A stretch of 64,000 nt of DNA from Camelus dromedarius (GCF_036321535.1 NC_087436.1:40736001-40800000), one strand, 5' to 3'; positions 12,931 to 27,964 are shown, numbered from the stretch's first letter. Translations and numbers: made by a program. The notes: generated from the sequence alone by a model not told the origin.

Positions 12931-15900
12931 ACCTGAGTGCAGGATTTTGTTTTTTTATATTTATTACATTTACTTTATAACTGGAAGTTTGTACCACTTA
13001 ATTCCCCCACTTACTCCTTTGTATATGTTATTAATAATTAAAATGTATGAAACAAACATGATGTAGCATTGAAATTGGCTTATCTAAGGAATCAGTTTAT
13101 AGATGCTCATTTTAATATTCTGTGCATTTTTGAAATACTTCATAATAAATTAATGGATGAATAAAAAAGTTAGATTTGGCTTAGTTATCTATCGTAAGTC
13201 AAAAAATGTATCTGCTGCATTTTTCTGCAGTTCAGTTAAACAACAAAAGACTCTTTCCCTACTAAAATGTTTTAATACAGAAACTTTTCTATCACTCAGA
13301 ATTATGTATCTTTAAGTTTACACAGACACCATGGAATGAAAAATATTTTTAAATGGTCACAGAAGGCATAAAAACACAGTTACTATGGGGATGGTGGTGG
13401 CTCACAAATTGTACTTATTGTTCAAATGTCTGTGAAGTTACAGTTAACTGCATCAGTTTTTCAGCTGGTACTAAACTTTCGCTCCCTACACCAAGATCAA
13501 AACCTGGATATGCTCTCTATCTTATGTAACAGTAGTTCTATTTTCTCCTGAAAGCAGCTTATGCAATTTAGAATTAAAAGTGCCTCGGAACTTATCAAAA
13601 CATAAAACTTGAAGCTATATTTATGCTCCAACAATAACTCTGAATAAAATGTTTCTTTAACCTCAAACCTCTGAATAACTTTGATGTAAATTTCCCCATT
13701 TCCATTATTTTTCTGCTTTTCAGGATCAACTTTGAAAGTGAGTTTAATTGTGTTCTAGCATGTACCTTCAATCTAGTCCAGATTAAAACTGATACACGTA
13801 TATACAAATGAGTGCTGCATGTGCATGTATGCATCTGTATCCACCTCCCTACCAACCTGTCTGCATGTCATACTTCCAAAATTAGCATTGTTTCACTTTG
13901 TTTGGTCATATCTATTTTGAAATGTCTAATAAAACTAAAAGAATGTGAAATTTTAAAATGTACCAAGAGATATATTTTGTAAAATTTTAAGATAATTTAT
14001 CAACATTTCTTATGCTATTTTTTTCTATTTATATTACATACTTAGTTCAGAATTCCACCATCTCTGTGGTTAAAAAAAAAAAGTTGGCAATAATCACCTG
14101 AATCATCTTCCTGTTTCCAAACTTAACCCATCAAATCCACTATCCACCTGTCTATCAGAAGTTATCTTTTTAAGGAAAATTTATTCTTTGATTAATATAA
14201 TCATTGTCCCATTAGATAAAAGTCCGAAGTCCCTTCCATAACACAGAAAATCTACCACTCATTTACAGCCTCAGCTTACCTGTTTTCTTCTTGCTTAATC
14301 ATCAACAACAAAACTTTCTCATTTATACAATCTTGTTTCATTCTTCATTGTCTTCCTTTATGCTGCCTACATGAATCACCATATTCCTTTTACCCTAGTT
14401 TTTATCTTTCATTTTATCCTTAAGTTGTTACCTGTTTGTAGGGAGTCTAGCTATATCCAATCCTCACATTTGTTGCAAATACATACGTCACTCAGCTCAG
14501 ATTGCCTCTCATCTGTTCCCCATACTACCATACATTTCTATGTACTTATTTATCTGTTTCCATCATTAGATTATAAACAATTTAAAGAAAGATAGCTAAT
14601 TTATATATATCTCAGGTATTAAATATACAAATAAGTATATTGACATGCATACATATGTATGCATATACATATATATGCACATATATGATGTATGTGTATA
14701 TATAACTGAACATAAATGCATATTTATGTCTTTATGAATATATAATTTTAAATGTTTCACCATTAATATGTGATGGCTTTATTCCCCATGTAAATGCCAC
14801 TGAGAAAACCGAGCTCATTAATCTGTCTCTGTTTAACCATTTAATAATTATAAAGCATAGGTTTGAATCCAAGGATACCTGAATGAAAGCTAATGCCCAT
14901 TTCATAATGTTACATGTTTCTAATTGATGTATCAGAATTAAATTAGGTGAACAGTCATAAGATAAACAGATCAGTATCATATTTTAAACAAGGCACTTGT
15001 TTTTCAACTTTTTTCTCTGAAATCATTTTTGTACAAAATATTATAAATCCTAAAAAATTATTAAGCATGTTATTATGCATACTTTAAATTATTTACATTG
15101 ACACATAATTATGAAATTTTCAAATAATATCCATAATCTTAGTGAAATCCATTACATAGTCACTAAAGAGTTCAAACATATTATTCAAACTGAGTAAAAT
15201 TAGAAATAGAGAAGTAGACGATTTCTAAACATTAAAGTCATTGTTTGACTTTAAAATGTTTCTACATTTGATTTATACATGCATGAATGAAGCAATCAAT
15301 TCATGTACCCCAAATTATACCAGAGTTACTGTAAAACATTTACTATTTGTGAAAGGAACTAAATTAACTCTTCTTTATATTGACATCCATTACATCATCA
15401 GATTTTCCTCCATATGCATAAAATATAATTTTGTGTCATAAATCTAGAGGCATCCAAAAATACGAACCCAGATATAACATCCTACTTATGCAAACAGTGC
15501 ATCTGCTTTTGTATGAGGAGGCCAAATTCTATTCCCAATTAGACTCAGACATCCCTAACACAGTAAAGATGAAATCAGTCAAAACCAAATTCTATTAGAA
15601 ACATTTAAAATCTTAATATATTCATACAATATCATTATGTATAACCTGCTCAGGGAGTCACTTCAAATTTCCCAGGGTATTTGGATGTTAAATCATATTT
15701 TCACAACCCAATACCCACTGTCCCCAACAAAGATATGTTTCCTTTGCATTTTAATCAGTATCATCATTATTATTTCTCAAACTATTTTACATTCTCCTAT
15801 TAACAATTTATTTTCTGGTTAATATTGAATTTTCCCAATAGGCACCTATAACAAGAGGTTAAGACAAGGGTTAAGATTACATTTTTCTTAGATTTAAATA

Positions 15901-16034
15901 TTATATAGAAATATTTTTCTTTATAAGGAATACTGCTTGTACAGCATGCTTTTAATTGTATGAATAACACATATGACTTAAACATAAATAATGCTTTATA
16001 GTTTCAAAAATGTGTTTACATAACTTATTAAAAA

Positions 16035-16693
16035 GTCTGGCTCCAGGCCCAAACCCTACGTGTGATCTCTCAAGCCTGACCACAGACAACCACAAGACTT
16101 CACCTGGCAAGTCTCAAAGGGGGAAGCCGCCCTCCTCACACCAGACTTAGCGCACATTCCAGTTTTCTGGAGGGAGATGCAGCCAAGGACCCGGTGCCAC
16201 TCGCCTCCTCCAAGTCCCTCCCTCCTTGGCCAGCCATGCTCAAAAGCCTGGCTCTATTCCCAGCCCAGGTGCCTTCATTCAAGGGCTTCCTGGTGGAGGG
16301 GATGGAAGTTTAAGCTAAAGTACTTTTCAGGGGCTCCTGCTTAGACCTCCTTTGGAATGAGAGCCTTGGCTAAGATCCTTCTCCCTCGAACTCAGTACTT
16401 TTCCACTCCTAGCCCTTCCCCTTCTCCTGAACCCCAACCCCTTGGGTCCGTACAATATCCGGAGTCTTGCTCAAGGCTCCTCAGCAGTGAGACGATCACC
16501 CCTCTTGTGCTCAATGTCCTCTGACTGACACTCCCAATGCCAGTCCAGGGGAAAAATGGGACATTCCTGCCTCTCTTTTTTGGCTTCCTGCTTACACTAC
16601 TGCATTAAATGAATAGGCTTGATTCTTATTTTCAGTTTGGCTTCTTGTCCTAATCAACCACCTTCACAACCAGCAGCTCAAAGAGAGGTCATC
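16035..16693 (+). mobile_element. Probable ERV solo LTR (family not assigned)
   Basis: ~650-bp GC-rich block with sharp edges in AT-rich DNA, ATTAAA near the 3' end, terminal CA. Confidence 0.45.
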
Positions 16694-18649
16694 ACCTATC
16701 AATTCTCATATATCAAACAGAAACTCTGATACTTATTTAGACGATTATGTGCTTTAAATATGTCATGGTTTTCTGAATTCTGCCAATGCCATTTAAAATC
16801 TGTTAAATGTATACAGCTACTAGGTTTGTGCTGTACTACTTCTGAATTTAATTATCTATATATCTAATAAGAACTCAGTGATATTAAGTAGCACATTATT
16901 CACAGGAGAAACAAATTCTAATACGTTGGCCATGGATAGAGTTCAATACACAAGTAATGATCTCCAGAATATATAATTTATGTAACAATTACTGATGCTG
17001 ATTTCTCTTTAAAGAGTGATTTGTATTTTATTCTAAAGATGTTTCTAAGCCTATCTATTGCAACTGTTTTTTCTCCTAAGGGGATGATGCACTTGCATCA
17101 GTATCAGTGACCAGATATTCATTATATATAATCTGAAATGATGAGGTGGGGGAAGAGCCTGTAATTAGGAGGATTCATGACAAGGGGTTCTCTTCCATTT
17201 CCCACTAGGGTGCCCTGCCACATACTGTCTCCAGTGTTTTAGATCACTGATAAAATAAAAACAAAATAATCAACAACAAAAAGAAATGAACATCAAGCAC
17301 TCTGTACCCCTTCTCAAAAGTATACTTTTTAAGTACGTATTTTGTATAGTAATATATTTCTTGCTTCCAAACTTAAAATTCATCAGACAACACACTGTGA
17401 AGGTCTACTTTCCATTCTTGTGCCCAAAATAATTAGTCTGGCATCTAAAGGCAGGTAAAAAACAGTATCTTGAAGAAAATTCTGAAAGTACTGTATGCAT
17501 ATTCAATACAACATATGTACTCTTTTTTTCTGGTTTTTGAACACTAAAAAATAGCACTATAGTATTAACAATATTCAGTCATTTGCTTTCTTATACATAT
17601 TCCATATATTTATGCCTATCTGAGTAGTCAATTCATATCAGTGCATAGACACATTCCTCATGCATATTTCAGCCACACAGAAGCTTTACTGACATGCCAT
17701 AACTTAAATTTACCCAGCGATAAATGCATGAGCATCTTGTTTCAATATTATTTTGCCATAATGGTGCAATCAGTGATAGTGCAATAAAGAACCCTGCATA
17801 TATCATTTTTGTCTTTACAAATATATCTGCAGAATCAACTCCCTGAATGAAAATTACCAGGGAAAATGATTTTAGAATGGCATCTTTGAAAAATATAATT
17901 ATAAAGTGATTTGCAATCAATTACTTAATGTCTCTGTCAACCACTAGAATATTAGCTCTGTAGCTCTGTCTTCTCTGATAAAATGTAGTGCCACTCCAAA
18001 GCATGATGCACTGTTTTGCATCGTGTCATTGTTGTTACTGAATGAATTCTATGGACTTTATGAAATGCCACATTACTTATCTAATAGCTGTCTATATATC
18101 CACTGGCTTCTCCTTTTCATTTTTTTGTTGTTGTTTTCTGGATCATGTTCAAATACCTACACGTATTTGTCAGGGTGCTCCATGCACTCATCTATACTTG
18201 TCTAAATAATCCCATCCGACCCCTTGTTTTTCCATACCACACTGCAGCCTCCCGCACACATATCTTCAGCACAGATCTTTAGATGCCCGTGTTAAACACC
18301 ATTCATAGATGCTTGAGAACATCCCAGGTTTCAGTGCATCACACCACCATCCACCCACTCTGCTGCAAATGCCAGAACGCACTCCTAAATATGCATGTCT
18401 AGCGCAAAATTCTCTTGTAGCTAGACTATTCACTAGGCTCTTAACTTTTCTTGAATCTTGTTCCCCTAAAACCCATTCTCCCCATGGCAGACACAGCGAT
18501 CACTCACCACTCTAACTCTGGTACTGTCACTTCTCTTCTTTGAGGCCTAGAGTGGCTCTCATTGCCTCTGCTTTCCTCTCATGTGTCATCCACTCTTCTT
18601 CTTGATCATCATTCTTTAAGTTTCAGGCACAATGGGCACATTTACATTC

Positions 18650-20250
18650 CACATTCATTTATCAAATGATTACCAAATAACTACTATATGCCAATCTTTA
18701 CTTTCAATGATGGGAATATTGCTGATATAAAGCAAAGGGGTCAAAGGCAGAAACTTCCAGTTAAAAGCATGTAAGTCATAGGGATTTAACATACAGTATG
18801 CTGAATATAGTTAACAACACTATATTATGTATTTGAAAGTTGCTAAGAAACTACATCTTAAAAGTTCTCACTCATCACAACAAAAAACATCTATGTTTGG
18901 TGATGAGGGTAGCTATAAACAATGTGGTGATTATTTCATAATATATACAAATAATAAGTCATTATGTTATATATGTGAAATTAATACCATGTCAATTATA
19001 TCCCAAAGATTTTTTAAAAAGGAACAAAATCTGTTTTTATAATCCTTGATTACTTTTGGAGAAAAACAGGAAATGAAACTAATATACAAATAAATACACA
19101 ATATGGCAAGTGACAGAAAGTCTAAGAGTGAAGGAAAAAATAGGTTAACATTAAGGGTCATAAAGTGATGAGAGACACAGTATTTTTAATCGGGTTGCAA
19201 GTGAAAACCACAGATATAACTGAGAAACAGCACAGCAGGATGAAAGAGGAGCAGATACAAAGGACCTGAGGCAGGAACATTTCTGATTCACTGAAGAAAA
19301 GTATGACCAGGGCAGCCAGAATGGTATCGGTGAGTGAGCTAGAGGAAGAAACTGAGGGGAAGATTATGTAGAGCCTTATTTGATATGAAAGTTCTTTAGC
19401 TTTTATTCTGAGAGTAGAACCACAGACACATGACATGACCTAACTTCAGTTTTGGAAAGATCACTCTCAGGGGAATGTGGAAAATATAATGGAGGGATAT
19501 GGAAACAAACATAAAAGGAAGGAGATTTTTTAGAGTCCAGTGCAAAAATCTAAGTGAAAATAATGGTGCTTTGAACACAGGCTAAGCACTGGACTTATTC
19601 CAAAGTTACCTGATTCAGAATGCATTTCAAACTCGATTTACTAAAGAATTTCATGTGAAAGATGAAATAGAGGCGTCTAAGATGGAATTGTGCTTTTTGT
19701 GTGTTTTTGTTTTGGCTTGAGCATTTAGAAGAGACAACAAACTGACCAGATTTAGAACAAACAACTATGAGGGGGTGCATTTATTCCTTGTTCACAGGTC
19801 AGTTATGTGAAGTGGACTCAGAAAGGGGGAAAAAGCAGCAGCAGCAGCCAGTGAGGGTGGAGAATGGACTAAGAAAATACTTCAAAAAGGGAATGATTAG
19901 CACTGTCAGATGCTGCCAATAGCTCAGGAAGATGAGGAAAAATGAACGACTACTGGATTAGGCAATGTAGAGGTCTACGCTGACCTTGAGAACTGCAAGC
20001 CTGTGAAATCATGAGCAAATCAGCCTGATTAAAGTGTGTTCAATGTGCAATTAGGGGCGTGCAAATGAAGACAGGGAACACAGACAACTCTTCCCAGGTT
20101 TTCAGTGTAAAAGAAAAAAAAAACATGGTAGTTCCTATAGTAATGTGAGGTCAAGAAAATTTGTTTTAAATTAGATGGGGCTACTACAGCACATTTGGAT
20201 AATGATGGGAATGATCCAGTAGGAAGTGAAATTTTTTAAAATGATGTGAC
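18650..20250 (-). mobile_element. L2 element (degraded), containing a nested L1 3' end
   Basis: Begins TTCATTTATCAAATG...CTACTATATGCC (reverse of the L2 3' terminus), followed by the purine-rich L2 body (TTTGGAAAGATCACTCT, GGATTAGGCAATGTAGAGGTC). Confidence 0.7.
18735..19020 (+). mobile_element. L1 3' end (L1MA9-like) nested in L2
   Basis: AAACTTCCAGTT...GTATTTGAAAGTTGCTAAGAAACTACATCTTAAAAGTTCTCAC are L1MA 3'UTR motifs. Confidence 0.85.
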
Positions 20251-20299
20251 ACTACAAGAGAGATGCCAGATGCAATCAAGAATGGATGCACTTCCAGGG

Positions 20300-21360
20300 T
20301 ACTTTTAGTTCTTTCTGGTTTTGCTTTGTGTGTTTTGAAGTTCTGTTTTTAAGTGTATAAATATTTAAGACTATTATTTCTCATTGGTGAACTGACTCTC
20401 TTATCAATATGTAATATTGTCCTTCATCCCTGGTAATTTCTTTTGCTTAAGATCTCCTTCTGATATTAATATAGCCACATTTTCTTTGATTAGTTTTTTG
20501 CATGACATGACTTTTTCCATCCTTTTAACCTTATACTCTCTATATCATTATTTTTGAAGTGAGTGTCTTATAGACAGCATATAGTTGGGTTATGTTTTCT
20601 TAATGCATTCTGGCAATCCACATCTTTTAACAGGTGTTTTAAAATAATTTACACAAATGTAGTTATTGATTGATTTGCACTACTATTTTTTTTTGATATT
20701 TGTGTTCTTTCTTTTTTGTTTGTTTCACTTGTTCTCTTTTATTTTGGGTTATCTGAATATTATGTTCCAGTTAATTTATCATTTGTAATTTTGACTATAT
20801 CTCTTTGTATAATTTTTAGTTGTTATCCTCTGACTTAAAATGCATACTTAAATTTTCACAGGCTACTTAAAATCAGTATTTTTATACTTTAAGTGAAATT
20901 ACATACACACATATATATAAACTATTCTCCTCTAGAGTTCTTAAAACATGCTTAGCAATTGAAATGTTTGTGTATATAATATATAGATAGATAGATAAAA
21001 TGCATTGCACACAATGACTTATATATTTATCATTTCTATTGTTCATCCTTCCTTCCCGATGTTCCAGTGTTCTAGGTTTCCTTCTGATAACATTTCCTCT
21101 CTGTCTGAAGAACTAACTTTAGCAACAATTTTAAGGCAGATTTCCTGGCTTTAAATTCTTAGTTTTTCTTCATCTGAGAATCTCTTTATTTTACCTTCAT
21201 TTCTGAAGGATATTTTCACTGGTTATAGAATTTAGCATTGACAGTTCTTTTCTTTTGATCCTTTAAATATATTGTGCAAATTCCTTCTTGAACTCCACGG
21301 TTTCTGATGCAAAATCTGTAATCATATGAATTACTGTTACCCTACAGGTAATACATTATT
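20300..21360 (-). mobile_element. Old L1 fragment (ORF1/ORF2-start region)
   Basis: GTGAGTGTCTTATAGACAGCATATAGTTGGG and TTCTGAAGGATATTTTCACTGGTTATAGAATT are reverse-strand L1 motifs. Confidence 0.75.
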
Positions 21361-24300
21361 TCTCCCTCTGCTGCCACTGCAATCACCAATGCCATGGAAC
21401 CGTCTATGGTCCGGGGCATCAGAGAAAGGAAAAAGGTAGAAGAAAAATTAATGACAAGGGATTTCCCCAACTCGCTCTGAGCTTTAGAAGTTCAGTTTCC
21501 TCCTCCTTAACTCCGAAGTAAAAAGCTTCTCCTGGAGCTGTCTGTACCATAATGCTCTATCCAAGTTTCCAGCTAAGCGAAGTTCTATGTGTGGGCAGGT
21601 GGCGGTAGGGAAGCAGGGGTTAGAGAAATTAGAGTGGAAAATAAAAAATAAGATCATGTAGGTTCAGTCGTACTTTGAATCTGGTCAGGCAGTTCCTATT
21701 TACTTTTCAGTCATGTACTTTCCCATGTATTCTGTCCAGATCTTACAGTTGCATTCCATGGAGAGTCAGGGTGGCAACGTGGATGCCATCTTACCTAGAC
21801 AGACTCCTAGGGCAAGTTCTTACACTTTCATCTAGCATTAAGGAAATAAAGGATCTACAGAAATAATTTAAACGGAAAGTGGAAGCAAAGAATAGTTTTT
21901 CTGTTTTTACCTTATAGTTTTATCCTATATTTCAGTTAATACACAGAGTATTCCAATATACCAAATGTACCTATTATATATCTGCTATCACATGCTATGC
22001 TTCTCCCATTTTGTACATATGTATTTTATGTTTTGTAATACTCTTTATCCTATGCAAGAGACACTAATTTGAAATTCAATTCTGTCACCCAACCCTACCC
22101 AACCTACTCTGGGAGTGATTTGACTGGTATGTCTGTAATTTCTATGTTCATTGTAAAACCACTGTAAAAATTTTGAACTTATAAAAAGATGATGGATAAA
22201 TGTGGTGGGATACGTTCATATGTCTGAGGCAATTTGTGAGAATATGATGTCTGTCTAAAATGCTTCCGAGTCAAATGAATCAAAGAGGATATGTCACCAA
22301 AACCCTGTAATGGTGTTTTCCTACACTGGCTACTACTCAAGTCCCAATTCCTGTATCAGAGTCACCACAGAGATTCTCATGCAATGGCTTCAGTTTTTTT
22401 GTGAAAATCACATCCACAATCACTCAGAAATATTTGTATTCATGACACTATGAGGTTGTAGACAATTTGGAGTAACTGCCTTCTAATACTGACAAAAGTT
22501 AAAATTTCCTTTCCATTAGTTACAGGACACTGTTACAAGCAAAAGTGCAGTCATTTGAGTGGCTGACACTTTCAGGAAATAAAATCACCCATTTCACAGT
22601 ATTTTTACAACTAGAAACCAAAGAACACAGTTTTGTGATTTGAGGTGTAATGAAAACCATGTTCTCACCAACCCAACTATTTATATTTGTATATATAAAA
22701 TGAAAGCCTGAACTTTAAAGCTAACAATGAGTAAGCAAGAACACTATGCACTTGTAGTCCTATTTCAGAGGCAATCAGTGGACAGATAAGCAAGGTGTGC
22801 TACCTTTGCCAAACTGTCAGCTTATATAATCACCTTGTGGGAAAACCACTATTAATGTCTGAGAATTCTTGATGCCTTAGAGCTCCCATCTGACATGATA
22901 ATCAGTGATGCCCGGCTGTGTCTCTGCCAACTCAAGAATATATTTTTCAAAAAGTCCCCTAAACAGAAGGGAGTATATGCTGCCTCTGTCTTCAGAGCCT
23001 TCTGTCAAGAATTTAGAAGCTCTATCATTAGGAAAGACAAAATTAAATAGAAGCCAAATTGAAAATGTCAATCCTTACCAAGAAATAACATTTAGGTTAT
23101 AGTCAACACCAACTGGCCTTAACATCATAAAAAATGTAATTTCTAATCCAAAATATTTGAATGCCTAAATCATATGTTAGGGAGGAATAATCTGGGCTCT
23201 ATAGCTTCTGTGAAAAAAGTAATCATGTTATTCTCTGGCTTCACCAAAGCAGTCTTATGAGTAACCTGGTTATTTCTTTGCTCTGTACTCTTTCACTTTT
23301 TCCACCTGGGTTCCTTACTTGTAGACTTCTTTTAGATTGATGTGAAGGGAGAATAAAGTTAATTTTCAGCATGAAGAGGTCGAAATATTTGCTTGCTTGT
23401 TTGCCGGTTTTAATTTGTGCTGCTACTGCAGGGTCATCGCTACATTAGATGGCAGAGTGTAAAAGTGGCCATAACCCCACGTTAAAGGAAGGATGGTGAG
23501 CAGACAACCTGCCGAGAGCGGCTCCGTCAGAGTCTACATGAAGGATTCACAAAGCTGGAGGCCAAGCCTTTCCGACAGTCTCTTCTCCCTCCAGAGCTCC
23601 CGATGGACCACACTGAGAAGTCACTGGAGGGGTTCACAGTTTGACTTCCCCCTCTCCCCAGATATGCTTCTTTTTATAGATGTTGGTCACAGATAAATAT
23701 CATGCACTCCAAAGTCCATCTCTGAATTTGACCTTGAATGGTTTCATGAATATTACACCACAACATAATATAAAATGGACTTTTAAATTCGTTTAGGTGA
23801 CACAATCCTCAGGTTGCTAAGGGCATTAAATACGATAATATTTCAGAGTTAACTCCTCTCAACCTCATCAAAGTTCAGCTTTTACTTGAGAAGACAAGCA
23901 TATTATAAGATATATTATATCACACTCATATAAATGGATATAAATTCAAGTAATACTCACTTTAATTAATTTTACCATGATTGCTTATTAGCTCCTGAAC
24001 ATACAAATCATTTTTGATAATTTGGTACTTTAAGTATATAAATTAGTAAAATAAGAATTCTTAAGTAACATCTGCTTCTCATTTTGAAGCAGTATATTCT
24101 ACTTGACTACTTTTAATTAGTAGTGCCTACTTTTGAATATAAATGTACCACTAATCATATATATTTAAGGATTATATATTTTTTAAGGATTTTCTAATGG
24201 ACTGTTTAAAAATTTTTTTTTAAATCATCAAACTATCATATCTGTGACGACTAGAGAACCTGGGATGGGGGCTGAAACCATTGCTCAGTTAGACTGTCTC

Positions 24301-25064
24301 TTTATGTGCCAGCAACAGCTGGGCAATCAACTTTCAGCTCTAACTGTCTACGTAAGCGGCTTGTCCACAGCCAAGCCAGTAATTACAGAATCAAACGGTA
24401 CATCAAATTCCTTCCAAAGTTTAATTTGGCACACAGAGCTTTGAAAATAAAACCATCATAAAATATTGCAACTCTTGAATCTAATATCCTACCAGTGTTT
24501 CTGACCCAGTTAGGGGAAATACACTGAAATCTTTTCATTAATATGTTAATAGAATAATTTTAAAATTGAATTTTGATAGTAATCCCCTTGAAACTGCTTA
24601 TAAAGAACTGTAGTCTACTGCTGAGTTTCTTATACTGATTTTAAATAGATAGTATCTTTTATGCCTTAGGATCTTAAAATATCAATGCCAGGTTCTGTTC
24701 TAGTCAATTTTTTGCAAATACGGTAACTTTTAATCTAATTATTCTTGACTTGAACATTTGTTATTTTTTCTTAATATGTGAAGAATAAGTTTTGGTAGAC
24801 TATTTCATAGATATCTCATAATTGTAGTTGGTGAGTGTGATCGTACTTTATAAATATTGCCTAAGTGGTATCATCCCTAAGTATATGGTTTGTAAATATT
24901 GTTGGGTTAAAAAAATTGGTGGGCAGTTTACTAAAAATTTAGATGTCCCAAGAATCAGGTCAGTAACACTGTAATGCTAAGTAAAAGCTCCAGGATTTGT
25001 GAACCATCACTCTAAAGGAATTCAGTGATGATGAAAGCATGTACGTGAGTGTAAAAGCTACTGC

Positions 25065-25089
25065 AAAAAAAAAAAAAAAAAAAAAAAAA
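25065..25089 (+). repeat. poly(A) run
   Basis: About 25 consecutive A. Confidence 0.95.
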
Positions 25090-25429
25090 CCAACAAAAGT
25101 AGTCCTAGTCCATATGACAGCAAAATGAAACATTTTGAAATAACATTTTTTTCTATGGCTATCTTGAATGATAATATATATCTTTTCAGTTTTAAAGAAA
25201 TGATAAGAATTGGATTACCATAAACATAAACGCAGTCTTAGAGATATTTGTTTAAATTACAAATTTCTACTCTACCCCTTCTTCTTCACATGAATCAGAA
25301 TTTTAGAATGGGGTAGGAATGTAGATTTCTAGCAAGCAAGTTCAGAACTTGATTGAATAAGCGGTTCTCAAAGTAATTCTATAAAATGGAGCACTTACTA
25401 ACAAATATCTTTATGCTGATACACGAACT

Positions 25430-25645
25430 ACTATGTGTTAGGTTTCTACTTATAGCAGGCACTGTATGTAAATAAATACCTTTCAATCTCATTTATTTTA
25501 TTGCTTAAAACCAGCATATGAAGTAGATATTCTTATACCTATGCTCCAGGTATAGAAACTGTGGTCACAAAGATTAAATAATTAGCCAAAGTCACACAAA
25601 CATTAACGAATAAAGCCAGGATGCAACTCAGGTCTGCCTGATGTC
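25430..25645 (-). mobile_element. MIR SINE
   Basis: AGAAACTGTGGTCACAAAGATTAAATAATTAGCCAAAGTCACACA...ATGCAACTCAGGTCTGCCTGA is the MIR core. Confidence 0.75.
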
Positions 25646-26091
25646 AAAAATGATAATAATAATTTCTCATTTAAATACTCTAATATTTTAATTTGATTCT
25701 CCAGGTCTTAATCTGACTAGAGTAACCAAGTTTAGTAAGTGAAAGCTCCAATAAATGTAATAATTGTGTATAGACATTCGGAAGTAGATTGTATCATGAA
25801 CAGACATTGAAAATAGAAGGAATCACTAAGGGAAACTTAGTGGTATCTGGATTTAAATAGGTTGTATTTCTTTAAAGTCAGATTTAAATTACTACCCTTC
25901 TGTAATCCAAATTCAAGAAAGCCAGTGAAAAATAGCATAAAATAATTAATTAATTAATTAATTAAAGGGTTAAAAGTTAGGTGAAGTAAGTGCTAACATA
26001 GATCAGAGTAGGTAAGATTCTAATAGGAACAAGAAAAACGTATGACGTACTCATCACCTTGTTGACGGATGTGCTTTCTTTCCATATACAT

Positions 26092-26094
<3 letters not shown>

Positions 26095-26122
<28 letters not shown>
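26095..26122 (+). repeat. (TA)n microsatellite
   Basis: Direct read. Confidence 0.95.
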
Positions 26123-26130
<8 letters not shown>

Positions 26131-26134
26131 TTTT

Positions 26135-27185
26135 CTCCTTGTGATGTCTTTGGTTTTGGTAGCAGCATAATACTGGCTTCACAGAATTCACTGAAAAATG
26201 TTTCCTCCTTTTCTACTTATAGGAAAGTTTTGTGAAAGGTTGGTGTTAATTCTTCTTTAGATATTTATAAAATTCACAAAGTCATCTGGTTCTGGGCTAC
26301 TCTTTTCCTGAAATATTCCTTTAATTAATCTCTTATGTTGTTATAGGTTTATTCATATTTTCTATTTCTTTTTGAAACAGTTTTGGTAGTTCTTGTCTTA
26401 ATAGGCACTTGCCCATTTCATTAAGGTTACCTAATATTTGCATTAAATTATTTTTGCAATCCCCTTATAATTATTTTTATATTTCTGGAAGATCTGTAAT
26501 AATGTCCTCTCTTTCAAACTCGATTTTATTAACTTGATTTTTTCTCAATTCTTCCTCTTGGCTAGTCTATCTAGAAGCTTGTCAACTGTGATCTTTTCAA
26601 AGAACCAACTTTTGATTTCATTAGTTTTCTGTTTTTTCCTAGTCTCCATTTTATTTACTTCTGTAGTAATCTGTATGAATTCCTTCTTTCTGCTTGCTTC
26701 AGTTTTAGTTTGTTCTTCTTTTCGTAGTTTCTCAAAGTGGAAACTTAAGTTGTTGATTTATTTTTCTCACATAGACTTTTACAAATAAGTGTTTAAAGCT
26801 ATATGTGGTAAGTTTTGGTATACTGCATTTCATTTTATCTCTAAGCATTATTTAAATTCTCTTGTGACTTCTTCTTTGATGTACTGTTTATTTAGGAGTG
26901 GATTAAAAAAAATTCTCTTATTTTTAGTTTCCCAAAGTTCTTTGTTATTGTTTACTGATTTTATTCTACTATGGTTGGAGAACATACTTTGTATGATTCA
27001 AAGGCTTTAAAAATATTGAGGTCTATTTTATAGTCTAGCACACAGTCTATCCTGGAAATAGTCCACATGCACTTGAAAAGAATGTGTATTTTGCTGAATG
27101 GGAAGAGTGTTCTATAGCTGTATGTTAGTTGTGTTACAGATAGTGTTCTATAGTTGTATGGCCAACTGGTTTATAGTATCATTCA
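26135..27185 (-). mobile_element. L1 ORF2 fragment (degraded)
   Basis: TTTTCAAAGAACCAACTTTTG and CACTTGAAAAGAATGTGTATT are reverse-strand ORF2 motifs. Confidence 0.85.
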
Positions 27186-27964
27186 AAGCCATTTTCAGAA
27201 GTCTTCTTTAATAACAAAACGAGTTTATAAAATTCCCAAGGCGAAATCATATACCTCTAAGATGTAATTACTCTAATTATAAACAGTGATACTCTTCTGT
27301 TACATATCTAATTTTTAAATCAATTTCAAATTAGATTAGCTGCTGTTCCCCAAATTAAATATAAAATTATCCAAAGAGAATACTACAATTTGTGTCTCAA
27401 AATGTATCAAAGGAAATTGAAAAAGCATTTTTAATGGCTTTAAAATGCCTAACTTTATATAAAAACAAGTCTAAATTAAAACATATGGTAGATAAGATAC
27501 TTCTGTAAGTCATCACCTTACTGCAGTCATGAGTACATATGGATGAAATGAATTTGTAGTCATCTAATCCAAACTTGTCTCATTAACAGATGGTAGCCCA
27601 AATTTTATTTGGATACTTACAAGTATTAATAAAAGACATTTCCTGAGACAGTTTGTTCCATCTTTGGAAAGCTCTAACTATTACAATTTCTTCTTACCTA
27701 AATGAAGTCTATGTCTTTGGAATTTATATTTTAGTTCCTGTCTGAATTCTGCAATAAAACAGAACAAATCTGTTACTGTTCTTGCATAGAAGAACCTCAC
27801 ATGGTAAATATAATGAAAAAACTACACTTATGTTTCTCTCCGGTAAGTGAAGTTATAATCTCAAGAATTGTAAAGTCTTCCTTTCAAAGAGCCTCGAATT
27901 CTAGAAGATGAACTTAGCAGAATCAGTACTGAAAATGTGGTGTAAAAAACCATTAGGGATTGTG

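Noticed and set aside
22800..23102. Overlapping ORFs and a minus-strand acceptor CTTCTGTTTAG near 22959
   Set aside because: All three frames hit stops before a good donor, and the peptide is not recognisable.
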